64,000 bases of DNA from Myxococcota bacterium (GTDB taxonomy: Bacteria; Myxococcota; XYA12-FULL-58-9; JALHOP01). Shown here one piece after another: positions 49,690 through 57,700 of the stretch; positions within the stretch are counted from its first letter, which is position 1; each line of letters begins with the position of its first letter. Both the position numbers and the translations under genes were made by a program. The stretch is taken from NCBI GenBank assembly GCA_041288095.1, contig JBGGMJ010000027.1, positions 1-64,000 on the forward strand, read 5' to 3'. The notes under the pieces are model-generated. The model was not told the DNA's origin and made no database searches. It was given only the letters and a program-made list of their open reading frames with translations.

Positions 49690-50865
49690 ATGTCGCGCCC
49701 CTGGACGATTTTTCTCCTGCTGGTCATCAGCTGCTCGTATAGCCCGCGGCCCTCCGGTGATCTGGAGTCCGTGTGCATCGACTGCTGCAATGTGGTCACC
49801 CTCGCGGGCGGTGAAACCTGCGAGAAGTGCCACGACAGCGAGGGCACCGTCACCGGCACCAATTGCCCGGCCGGCTGCGGCCTGTGCGTGAACCCGACGT
49901 GCGGCCCCAACGAGCGCTTGGTGAGCCTGTCGGGACAGTGCTGCCCCATCTGCGTTCCGGCTAACGACTGCGGCGGCGCGACCTGCGTCATCGTCGACTC
50001 GATTGATTGCCCGAGCGGACAGCACGTCGAGCGTGACGCCACCGACTGCTGCAAACAAGTGTGCGTCTTCGATGCGTGCACCGGTTCTTGTTCCGCCGCC
50101 GAAGCCGCGCAATGTCCCGCCCACTATCGTCTCGATCCGACGGCGCCGCCGTGCTGTTCGGTTTGCGTGCCCGACGGCTCGGGCGGTTGCGACGGCAACG
50201 AAGATTGCGATGCGAGCTCCGAGTGTGTCGCCGGCGTCTGCGAAACTCCCGCGGGCGTCACGTGCCCCGCGCTGGACAAGCCGGACCCGACCGCGTGTCC
50301 CGGTTATTGGCGGGTCGACGCCGACGCGCAGGGCTGCCCGCTGCCGCCGCTCTGCATCTGTCCCGATCTCTATCCGGCGACCAACAGCACGTTCTGCGCG
50401 GACCACTGCGCGCTCGAGCCGATCATCTGCATCCTCGATCTGTTCTGCGACAACGGCGACACGGTGACCCGCAACACCTGCAATCCGTGCTGTCCGCAGC
50501 CGAACGCCGTCTGCTCGCCGCCTCCCCTCGCCTGCGACGCCGACAGCGACTGCACGAACCAACCCATCTCCGGCTCGACGTGCATTGGCGGCTATTGCGG
50601 AAAACGCCTGTCCGGCCTCGACGGCCTCGGCGTCACCTACAACGGCGAGACAGCCTGCATTCAGGCGAACTGCCGACCTGATCAGGTGATCGACTTCGGC
50701 TCGGGTTGCTGTCCCATTTGCCGCGACACCTGCTCAACGAGCGCGGACTGCACCGTCACCCAGACTTGCAGCCGCCACGCCTTGTCGACCTGCGCCGTCG
50801 AAGCCTGTCACCTGCCCGATGGTGCCTGTGACGACATGACGGGGTGCTTCGGAGTCTGTCAGTAG
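49690..50865 (+). CDS. Extremely Cys-rich putative lipoprotein
   Basis: Signal with VISC lipobox; repeated C..CC..C units along the whole length. Confidence 0.7.
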   Translation: MSRPWTIFLLLVISCSYSPRPSGDLESVCIDCCNVVTLAGGETCEKCHDSEGTVTGTNCPAGCGLCVNPTCGPNERLVSLSGQCCPICVPANDCGGATCVIVDSIDCPSGQHVERDATDCCKQVCVFDACTGSCSAAEAAQCPAHYRLDPTAPPCCSVCVPDGSGGCDGNEDCDASSECVAGVCETPAGVTCPALDKPDPTACPGYWRVDADAQGCPLPPLCICPDLYPATNSTFCADHCALEPIICILDLFCDNGDTVTRNTCNPCCPQPNAVCSPPPLACDADSDCTNQPISGSTCIGGYCGKRLSGLDGLGVTYNGETACIQANCRPDQVIDFGSGCCPICRDTCSTSADCTVTQTCSRHALSTCAVEACHLPDGACDDMTGCFGVCQ

Positions 50866-50881
50866 TTACGATGGCGCGGTC

Positions 50882-52519
50882 ATGCGTCTCGTCGCTTGCC
50901 TCGCCGCCTTACTGACCGCCGCCCCGGCCAAACCGGAGGCCACCGGCGCCTTGGCGCTCACGCGTTTCGGCTACGGTCCGCGCGGTAGCGAGCGTGCGGC
51001 TGTCGAGAAGGCGCGCTGGGCGGACGTCATCGAGCGTCAGCTCGCTTACGAGCGCATCGACGACGGTCAGAGCGACAAGGCGCTAAGAGAGCTCGACGAT
51101 CTGCCGACGACCGCCGGCGAGCTCATCGCCCGCTTCCCCAAGCCCAACATGCTGCAGAAGGGCATGGAGCGCATGGGTATCACCCGCGAGCCACCGCCCG
51201 ACGTCGACAAGCCGGGTGAGCTCATTCAGGCATTGCAAGCGCGGCGCCTGGTGCGCGCCGTGACCACCGAACGCCAGCTCTACGAAGCCATGGTCGAGCT
51301 CTGGCTCGATCACTTCAACGTCTTTGCGCGCAAACGCGGCGTCATGTATGCCATAGCGGACTACGAACGAATAATCCGCGAGCACGCGCTCGGCTCGTTC
51401 GAGAGCTTGCTCATCGGGGTGGCCGAGAGCGCCGCCATGGCGATGTACCTCGACAACGACGACAACGTGCGACCCAACGCGCCGTGGCCCATGCAAGCCA
51501 TCCCCGACGAAGTCGACCTGCGCGCCTGCAAATATCTGCCGCGGGAGCGCGTCGAGAAACTGACGCGACGCGCCTCGAAGAACAAATGGCCCAAGGGCAA
51601 GGAGCCCAAGCGCGAGCGCGGTATCAACGAGAACTACGCGCGCGAGCTCCTCGAGCTGCACACGCTGGGGGTCGAGGGCGGCTACACGCAGAACGACGTC
51701 ACCGAGGTCGCGCGCGTCTTTACCGGCTGGACGGTGTTCGACCCCGAAGGGTCACTCGGCTGCGCGGACTCCGGACGCGCGGTGTTCGTGCCGGAGCTCC
51801 ACGATCCCGGCGACAAGGTCGTCTTGGGGCAGACGATAGCGAGCGCTGGACGCGAAGAAGGACTGCAGGTGCTGCGCCTCCTTGCGCGTCATGCGTCGAC
51901 CGCGCGGTTCATCGCGACGAAGCTCGTGCACCGGTTCGTCGCGGATGCACCACCGGCCGCTTTGGTAGACAAGGTCGCGGCGACCTTCACGACATCGAAG
52001 GGCGATCTGCGCGCGGTCATGCGGGTGCTCGCGCTCGATGAGGCGACCATCGCGGCGGCGCTACAACGCTCCAAGGTAAAGCGGCCCTTCGATCTGGTGG
52101 TCAGCAGCCTGCGAGCCGTCGACGCCCAGACCGACGGCGACGTGGTGACGCGCCGTTACCTGCGCGCGCTCAATCACATGCCCTATGCCTGGCAGACACC
52201 GAACGGCTATCCCGACGACGCGGTACGCTGGACCAACGTCGGCGCGCTCACCCAGCGCTTGCGCTTCGGCATCGCCCTCGCGGGGAACGGCATTCAAGGC
52301 ACGCGCGTCGAGCTTCAAAAGATCGTCGGCGACGAGATCGCGAACGGTGGCAAGCCCATCGCCGCCGCCGAGCTCGTCGATGCCATCGCCACCCGACTGC
52401 TCGGCAAGGACCTCTCGAAGAGCACCCGCGACACCGCGATTGCGGCGCTGGGTGATGATCCCAACGCCGCGCGGGCCGTCGGTCTGCTCTTGGGCTCACC
52501 GGAGTTTCAACACCGATGA
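50882..52519 (+). CDS. DUF1800 family protein
   Basis: QL.E.M...W.DHFNV, AM..YLDN..N, NENYARELLELHTLG, DV.E.AR.FTGW, PNGYPD. Confidence 0.92.
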   Translation: MRLVACLAALLTAAPAKPEATGALALTRFGYGPRGSERAAVEKARWADVIERQLAYERIDDGQSDKALRELDDLPTTAGELIARFPKPNMLQKGMERMGITREPPPDVDKPGELIQALQARRLVRAVTTERQLYEAMVELWLDHFNVFARKRGVMYAIADYERIIREHALGSFESLLIGVAESAAMAMYLDNDDNVRPNAPWPMQAIPDEVDLRACKYLPRERVEKLTRRASKNKWPKGKEPKRERGINENYARELLELHTLGVEGGYTQNDVTEVARVFTGWTVFDPEGSLGCADSGRAVFVPELHDPGDKVVLGQTIASAGREEGLQVLRLLARHASTARFIATKLVHRFVADAPPAALVDKVAATFTTSKGDLRAVMRVLALDEATIAAALQRSKVKRPFDLVVSSLRAVDAQTDGDVVTRRYLRALNHMPYAWQTPNGYPDDAVRWTNVGALTQRLRFGIALAGNGIQGTRVELQKIVGDEIANGGKPIAAAELVDAIATRLLGKDLSKSTRDTAIAALGDDPNAARAVGLLLGSPEFQHR

Positions 52520-53757
52520 TCGACCGACGCACGCTCTTGCAGGCCGGCTTGTGCGGTATCGCGGCGCCGAGTCTCCTCGGCCGCCTGGCTTTCGCCGCGC
52601 CCGACACCAAGAAGGTGCTCGTCGTCGTGATGTTACGCGGCGCGGTGGACGGCTTGTCGGTGGTCGCGCCATGCGCCGACGACTCGTATTACGCCGCGCG
52701 TCCGACCATCGCGGTGGCGCGCCCCGATGACACCGCCAAGCCGGAAGCGGAGCGCCTGCTGCGTCTCGACGATCGCTTTGGTCTCCATCCCGCGATGCAA
52801 CCCCTGCACCGTGCCTTCAGCGAGCGACGGCTCGCGTTCGTGCACGCCGCGGGCTCGCCGGCCGCGACACGCTCGCACTTCGACGCCCAGGACTACATGG
52901 AGAGCGGCACACCCGATCGCAAAGCCACCGAGGACGGCTTCTTGAATCGCCTACTCGCGAGCTCGGCGAAGGCCGCCGACACCGAGCTGCGTGCTATCGC
53001 GGTCACCAACGCGATGCCGCGCATCATGAGCGGTCAAGCGCGCGCCGTGGTCTTCTCGACGCTGGGCGACCTCTCGCTCGGACAAGGCAAGGGCGCTGCG
53101 AGCACCGGCGCGAGCTTCGAGGCGATGTACGCCGCTGCGGTCCACGACGTGTTGCACGGGCCGACACAAGAGGTCTTCGACGTCGCCCGGCAAATCGAGA
53201 AGGCCGGTGTCACCAAGATGAAACCGGAGAACGGCGCGGTCTACCCCAAGGACGCCTTTGGCCGCTCGCTCTCCGAGATCGCGGCGCTCATCAGGGCGAA
53301 TCTCGGTGTTCAGATTGCCTTCACCGATATCGGTGGCTGGGACACGCACGCGTCCCAGGGAGGTGCGACGGGGCAGCTCGCCAAACGCCTCGACGTCCTC
53401 GCCAAGAGCCTCGATGCCTTCGCCATCGACCTGGGCAAGCGCATGGACGATGTCGTCGTCGTCGCCATGTCGGAGTTCGGCCGCACCGTGCGCGAAAACG
53501 GATCACGCGGCACCGACCACGGCCATGGCAACGTCATGCTCGTCGCTCACGGTGGGGTGCGTGGCGGCAAGGTTTACGGCACCTGGCCGGGCCTCGGCGA
53601 AGGGCAGCGCTTCGAAGGGCGCGATCTCGCGGTGACGACCGACTTTCGCGAGGTGCTCTGGCAAGTCGCGGCGAAACATCTGCGGGCGACGAACCGGGAT
53701 GTCGTTTTTCCGGGGTTTACGCCGGTGGCCGATGCATCCGCGCTAGCGTTGTTCTAG
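52516..53757 (+). CDS. DUF1501 family protein (Tat signal)
   Basis: DRRTLL signal; LRGAVDGL, RSHFDAQ, GGWDTH, SEFGRT..NG..GTDHG, TTDFR. Confidence 0.93.
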   Translation: MIDRRTLLQAGLCGIAAPSLLGRLAFAAPDTKKVLVVVMLRGAVDGLSVVAPCADDSYYAARPTIAVARPDDTAKPEAERLLRLDDRFGLHPAMQPLHRAFSERRLAFVHAAGSPAATRSHFDAQDYMESGTPDRKATEDGFLNRLLASSAKAADTELRAIAVTNAMPRIMSGQARAVVFSTLGDLSLGQGKGAASTGASFEAMYAAAVHDVLHGPTQEVFDVARQIEKAGVTKMKPENGAVYPKDAFGRSLSEIAALIRANLGVQIAFTDIGGWDTHASQGGATGQLAKRLDVLAKSLDAFAIDLGKRMDDVVVVAMSEFGRTVRENGSRGTDHGHGNVMLVAHGGVRGGKVYGTWPGLGEGQRFEGRDLAVTTDFREVLWQVAAKHLRATNRDVVFPGFTPVADASALALF

Positions 53758-53783
53758 TCTCTTGCGAGGCCGTGACGTCGGCG

Positions 53784-53965
53784 CTTGCGAGCCGTTTTAG
53801 CGTCTGCTGTTTGGGGCCTCGGTGGATCTGCACCGAGGGGGCGGAGGAGACCCGGGGGCCTTCGCCGGCTTTGGGGTCGGGGTTCTGCATGAGCCGGAGG
53901 GGTTGTGCTTCGCTGCCTATGTCGGTGTGTCCGCTGTGGCGGAATGCGCGTCAACGCGCATTTTG
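53784..53965 (+). repeat. Left arm of the long imperfect inverted repeat around the HNH gene
   Basis: 53784-53858 equals the reverse complement of 55305-55379 at 73/75; further shared blocks extend to 53965; internal hairpin CCTCGGTG-N6-CACCGAGG. Confidence 0.92.
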
Positions 53966-54975
53966 GTGAAGTTGCGGGCTTGGTTATGGGCGCGGCAGTA
54001 GAGGCGTAGATTCGAAGTCCTGGTTTCGCCTCCGTCGGCGAACGTGATCTTGTGATCGAACTCGATCCAGGCGGTCGCGCTGCAGCGCTTGCCTGTGGCG
54101 CTGACGAAGGCACAGCGGTCGCCGTCGCGCTCCGAGACTTCGCGTCGGGTCGGGGCTCCTGGGGCACGTGACTTGTCGGGGGCGCGCTCTTCGCGGACCT
54201 CGCCGAGAGGGAGCTGCTTCGGCTTGTCGCTGCGCCCTAGCTTGCGCTTCTCCACAGCCTTGCGTTGATCCCTGATGGCCTTGCTGATGACCTTGGCGAT
54301 CTCGCCGTCTGGAACGCTGTGGCGCACGAGGTCGCGCAAGCGCATGAGCTCCTCGTAGGTCTCGGCGTCGATGGTGAGCTTCAGCTTGTAGTGGCCGGCG
54401 TCGAGGGGCTCGGGTTGGGGCGCGCGCGGCGGAGGAGGAAGCTCGAGCCGCGGAGCTTCCGCTGGCCGTTCAGCGACCCGCGCATGTTCCTGTGCCCGCC
54501 GCTCCTCGACCTTCGCCGCAAACAGGCCCGGCCGCTCATCGACCTTCACTCTGAAGACCGTCGTCGGAACGTGCGGCTTCGGTTCCCAGGTCGCTACCAA
54601 CAGCTTAATCTGCGCGCAGGTCTTGCCCGCAGCCGCTTTGAGCCGCTCACCGTAGTTGCCGGCGTCGAGCACTGGGCCGAGGAGCAGCAGCCCAGACAGA
54701 TGCAGCTGGCGCGCTCGCAACATGTCCAGCACGACCGGATAGTCGACGATGAGATACGCCGCGGTAACGCGCCGCCCGGCCTCATCCCAAGAGTAGCCGA
54801 GCTCTTCGACGCAGTAGGTGCGAAGACTCGTACACGCCTCGCTGAGATGGAGCTTTCTGCGCGCAACCTCCGCGAGATGCGCGATGACGTGGACACATTC
54901 TCCATGCTCCCGCGCGGCGCAAGCCTTCAAGGACACCAAGAGTTCATCGGGTGCTAAAGCGGACAAGTCGTTCAT
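53917..54975 (-). CDS. HNH endonuclease with long N-terminal helical (DUF222-like) region
   Basis: RREV.ERDG.RC....G.RC.....EFDH.....GG....NLRLYCRAHN; N-terminal HLAEV..R.L....SL..YC...LGYS. Confidence 0.88.
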   Translation of the reverse strand: MNDLSALAPDELLVSLKACAAREHGECVHVIAHLAEVARRKLHLSEACTSLRTYCVEELGYSWDEAGRRVTAAYLIVDYPVVLDMLRARQLHLSGLLLLGPVLDAGNYGERLKAAAGKTCAQIKLLVATWEPKPHVPTTVFRVKVDERPGLFAAKVEERRAQEHARVAERPAEAPRLELPPPPRAPQPEPLDAGHYKLKLTIDAETYEELMRLRDLVRHSVPDGEIAKVISKAIRDQRKAVEKRKLGRSDKPKQLPLGEVREERAPDKSRAPGAPTRREVSERDGDRCAFVSATGKRCSATAWIEFDHKITFADGGETRTSNLRLYCRAHNQARNFTKMRVDAHSATADTPT

Positions 54976-55192
54976 GACTCATCCTAACACGGTAATTTTT
55001 TGCCCCTTTGCAGCCCCGTGGTGCCCCGCAAATGCCCGCGGATGCGAAAATCAGGGAAGCCGCCGCGAAAACGCAACAGCGCGCACACCAACGCGCGCCA
55101 AGGCCATTCCTGGGCACGCCGGAAGCGCTAAGGCGCCGACACCGAAACGCGACGTCAATACAAAAGTTAAATTTTTTATGCGCCCGCGTACG

Positions 55193-55379
55193 CAAAATAC
55201 GCGTTAACGCGCATTTCCAAAACGTCCGCTATAGCGGCACGATCCCATGCGAAGCACAACCCTCCGGCCCCGCGCAGCAAGCAGACGCCAAGGTAACCGC
55301 CCGCCCCCCGGGTCTCCTCCACCCCCTCGGTGCAGATCCACCGAGGCCTCAAACAGCAGACGCTAAAACGGCTCGCAAG
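55193..55379 (-). repeat. Right arm of the long imperfect inverted repeat around the HNH gene
   Basis: Reverse complement of the left arm; same hairpin at 55325-55346. Confidence 0.92.
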
Positions 55380-55395
55380 TGACCACAAAACAAGC

Positions 55396-55854
55396 TCAGC
55401 GCAGCCCCAACAAAATCTCGAAGTACGCCATCACCTCGGGGTCGCACGTAGGTCGCGTGGCATAGACCAGAAAAGCCCGGCTCGCTCCCACCTGCGGGTC
55501 GTCGGGCACCGCGGCGAGCGCTTCCTCGAGGTGCGTACGCAGGCGAACGAGGGCGGGGTTGTCGCGCAACGCCGCCTCGAGGTGTCCATGCACCTTCTGC
55601 GAGAACGGACGCGGATCTTCGGCGTAAGCCGACTCGATGGCCTGCATGAACTGGCCGATGATCTCGGTGGTCTGGCCGTCGACCTCGCCCATCACGGCGC
55701 GCATCCACATGCTCAAGATGCCGATGGTCTCGAAGAGCTGCTCGTCGTTGAGCTGGCCGCGGCTCACCATCAGCGGCACGTCGATGTTCAGGAGCTCGTC
55801 GATACGCGCGCGTACGGTCGCGAGCGGATCGTCACCTTGCGGGACGTCGCTCAA
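55396..55854 (-). CDS. Hypothetical helical protein
   Basis: 152-aa ORF, GC3-rich codons, TTGA overlap with the upstream gene. Confidence 0.65.
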   Translation of the reverse strand: MSDVPQGDDPLATVRARIDELLNIDVPLMVSRGQLNDEQLFETIGILSMWMRAVMGEVDGQTTEIIGQFMQAIESAYAEDPRPFSQKVHGHLEAALRDNPALVRLRTHLEEALAAVPDDPQVGASRAFLVYATRPTCDPEVMAYFEILLGLR

Positions 55855-56354
55855 ACCTTGCCGCCCGAGGCGATCCAGCGCCGCGTGAAGTCGGCCGCCT
55901 GCTCGTAGCTCTTCTCGATGTCGGCGACGATGAAACGCTCGATGACGCCGCCGACGCCGAACACCTTCACCTTGATGTCGCCCTCGATGATGCGCTTGAC
56001 GCCGTCACCAGCCTGCTCCAACCGGAAGATGCCGGAGGACTCGACCTTGTCCGTCATGACGGAGGAGATCGATTTCCAGGTGCCTTTGTAGGTGCCGAAG
56101 TCGTATTCGACCTGCTCGGTGTATTCGATGCGTGAGGAGCCCAGCACCTTGACCAGCGGGCCCGGGATCTCCCGGTCGCGCGGCGAGACCTTCACCGAGC
56201 GCGACAGGTGTTTATCCTTCTCCTCGCGCTTGACCACCGTACGGTCGAGGTTCACCGCCTTGCAGAGGGCGATGTTGAAGTCCTCGTCGAAGTACAGCTT
56301 CTCGTAGTCGACGAGAGAGATGCCGCGGAAGGTGTGGGAGGCCTCGAATTTCAT
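55851..56354 (-). CDS. DUF2505-like (START/SRPBCC-type) protein
   Basis: MKFE..HTF, G.IKVKVFGVGG.IE.FIV.DI..SY pattern. Confidence 0.7.
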   Translation of the reverse strand: MKFEASHTFRGISLVDYEKLYFDEDFNIALCKAVNLDRTVVKREEKDKHLSRSVKVSPRDREIPGPLVKVLGSSRIEYTEQVEYDFGTYKGTWKSISSVMTDKVESSGIFRLEQAGDGVKRIIEGDIKVKVFGVGGVIERFIVADIEKSYEQAADFTRRWIASGGKV

Positions 56355-56365
56355 CGCGCCCGCGA

Positions 56366-57700
56366 CTATCCGCCAAGCTCGGTACGAAAGTCCACGACCT
56401 CGATGGTGGCCGCTGGGAGCTTCGTAGCGAGCTCCGCGCGAATGTCGGCTGCCGTGGAAACCATGGCAACCGTGAGATTCGCCGGCTGCAAGTGCTTGAT
56501 CAGCGCGGCGCGGACCTGGGCATCATCGAGGCTCTCGATCTTCGTCGGGGTCGTGAAGATTTCGGTGGCCGGCTCGCCGAGCAGCTCGCAGCGCAGCACT
56601 GGGTTGAGCATGTCGGCCGCGGTGGCCACTTCGAACGGATAGCGGCCGAGCATGTAGGATCGCGCTCGTTCGAGGACCGCCTGCGGGAGCTGGCCCTGCG
56701 CGAGCTTGTCCAAGAGCTCGAGCTCGAGCACCAAGCAATCGACGGCGTTGTCCTTCGGCGGCACGCTGCGCAGCACGATGGGTGATGGCAGCACCTGACG
56801 ACGCGAGAAGTCGGCGTGCGCGACATACGACCAGCCGCGCACGTCACGCACCTCTTGGGTAAGCGGCGAGGTGAACGTGCCACCGAACGCGACGATGCCG
56901 AGCCAGAGCGCGAGTGTGTCGCCGTGCACGCCGGGCAGGCCGGGGTTGGCGACGCGGAGTTGGACTTGCGCGCGGTCCGGCTTGTCGGCCACGACGATGC
57001 GCAAGCCCTGCGGGGCCGGGAGCGCCGGCAAGGCCGCGGTGAGGGACGGCTGCGCCATGCCGCTGGGCAGCTTTTCGACGATGATGTTCGCCGCCTGGAG
57101 CGACTCCGCGGGCGTGATGTCACCGGCGAAGGCGATGATCATGTCGCTGGTGACGACGCGGGTGCCGTGCAGGCAGCGCAACGCCTCGATGTCGAGCTTG
57201 GCGACCTGCGGCGCTTCACCCAAGGGACTCCGCTGGAGCGGATGGCCCTTGTAGAAGCTCCGGCGCAGGAAGAGCTCGGCGACCGTGTCGTCGTCGTCGC
57301 GGTCGGATGCCAGGGCTTGCACCATCTCGTCGATCAACGCGGCGTGCTCTTCGGCGTCGAAGGCAGGCGTGCTGAGCGCCTCGGCGATGAGGGCCACGGT
57401 CGCGCTCAAGTTCCTCTTGAGTGCCACCCCTCGGAAATAGGCGGCCTCGCTGCCGGGGACCGCGTTGAAGCTCGAGCCAAGCTCCTCGAGCTCGGCGTTG
57501 AAGCGCTCGCGGTTCTTGCCCTGGGTGCCGCGCAGCATCAGCTCCATCATGGCGCGGAGCGCGCCCGATTGGCCGTCGGGATCGACGGCACTGCCTCGCC
57601 GCAGGGCGATGACGAAGCGGACCACCGGCAAGCTGTGCTCTTCGACGGTCAGGACGGCGGCGCCGCGCAAGGTTTCGCGCGACACTGTTGGGGCGTTCAA
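56366..57700 (-). CDS. M16 peptidase, non-catalytic subunit
   Basis: LPVV...I..GS..DP, M..GT, GG.FTS.L..EVR..RGWSY; no HxxEH. Confidence 0.85.
   Translation of the reverse strand: MNAPTVSRETLRGAAVLTVEEHSLPVVRFVIALRRGSAVDPDGQSGALRAMMELMLRGTQGKNRERFNAELEELGSSFNAVPGSEAAYFRGVALKRNLSATVALIAEALSTPAFDAEEHAALIDEMVQALASDRDDDDTVAELFLRRSFYKGHPLQRSPLGEAPQVAKLDIEALRCLHGTRVVTSDMIIAFAGDITPAESLQAANIIVEKLPSGMAQPSLTAALPALPAPQGLRIVVADKPDRAQVQLRVANPGLPGVHGDTLALWLGIVAFGGTFTSPLTQEVRDVRGWSYVAHADFSRRQVLPSPIVLRSVPPKDNAVDCLVLELELLDKLAQGQLPQAVLERARSYMLGRYPFEVATAADMLNPVLRCELLGEPATEIFTTPTKIESLDDAQVRAALIKHLQPANLTVAMVSTAADIRAELATKLPAATIEVVDFRTELGG

Larger units (their letters stand above)
53784..55379 (-). mobile_element. 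Putative ~1.6-kb inverted-repeat-bounded HNH element
   Basis: Single nuclease ORF between long inverted repeats, filling the gap between two convergent genes; no transposase or target-site duplication seen. Confidence 0.5.

Noticed and set aside
53784-55379. Calling the HNH element a classical IS, IscB/OMEGA system, retron or CRISPR locus
   Set aside because: I see no DDE, HUH, RuvC or reverse transcriptase motifs, no repeat-spacer array and no clear target-site duplication.
53754-55388. Paired short ORFs with near-identical peptides (53772-53969 and 55176-55388; 53754-54167 and 55008-55382)
   Set aside because: They are translations of the inverted repeat arms, with no independent evidence of coding.
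56366-57700. M16 subunit without HxxEH as a pseudogene
   Set aside because: Paired catalytic and non-catalytic M16B subunits are a well-known arrangement.
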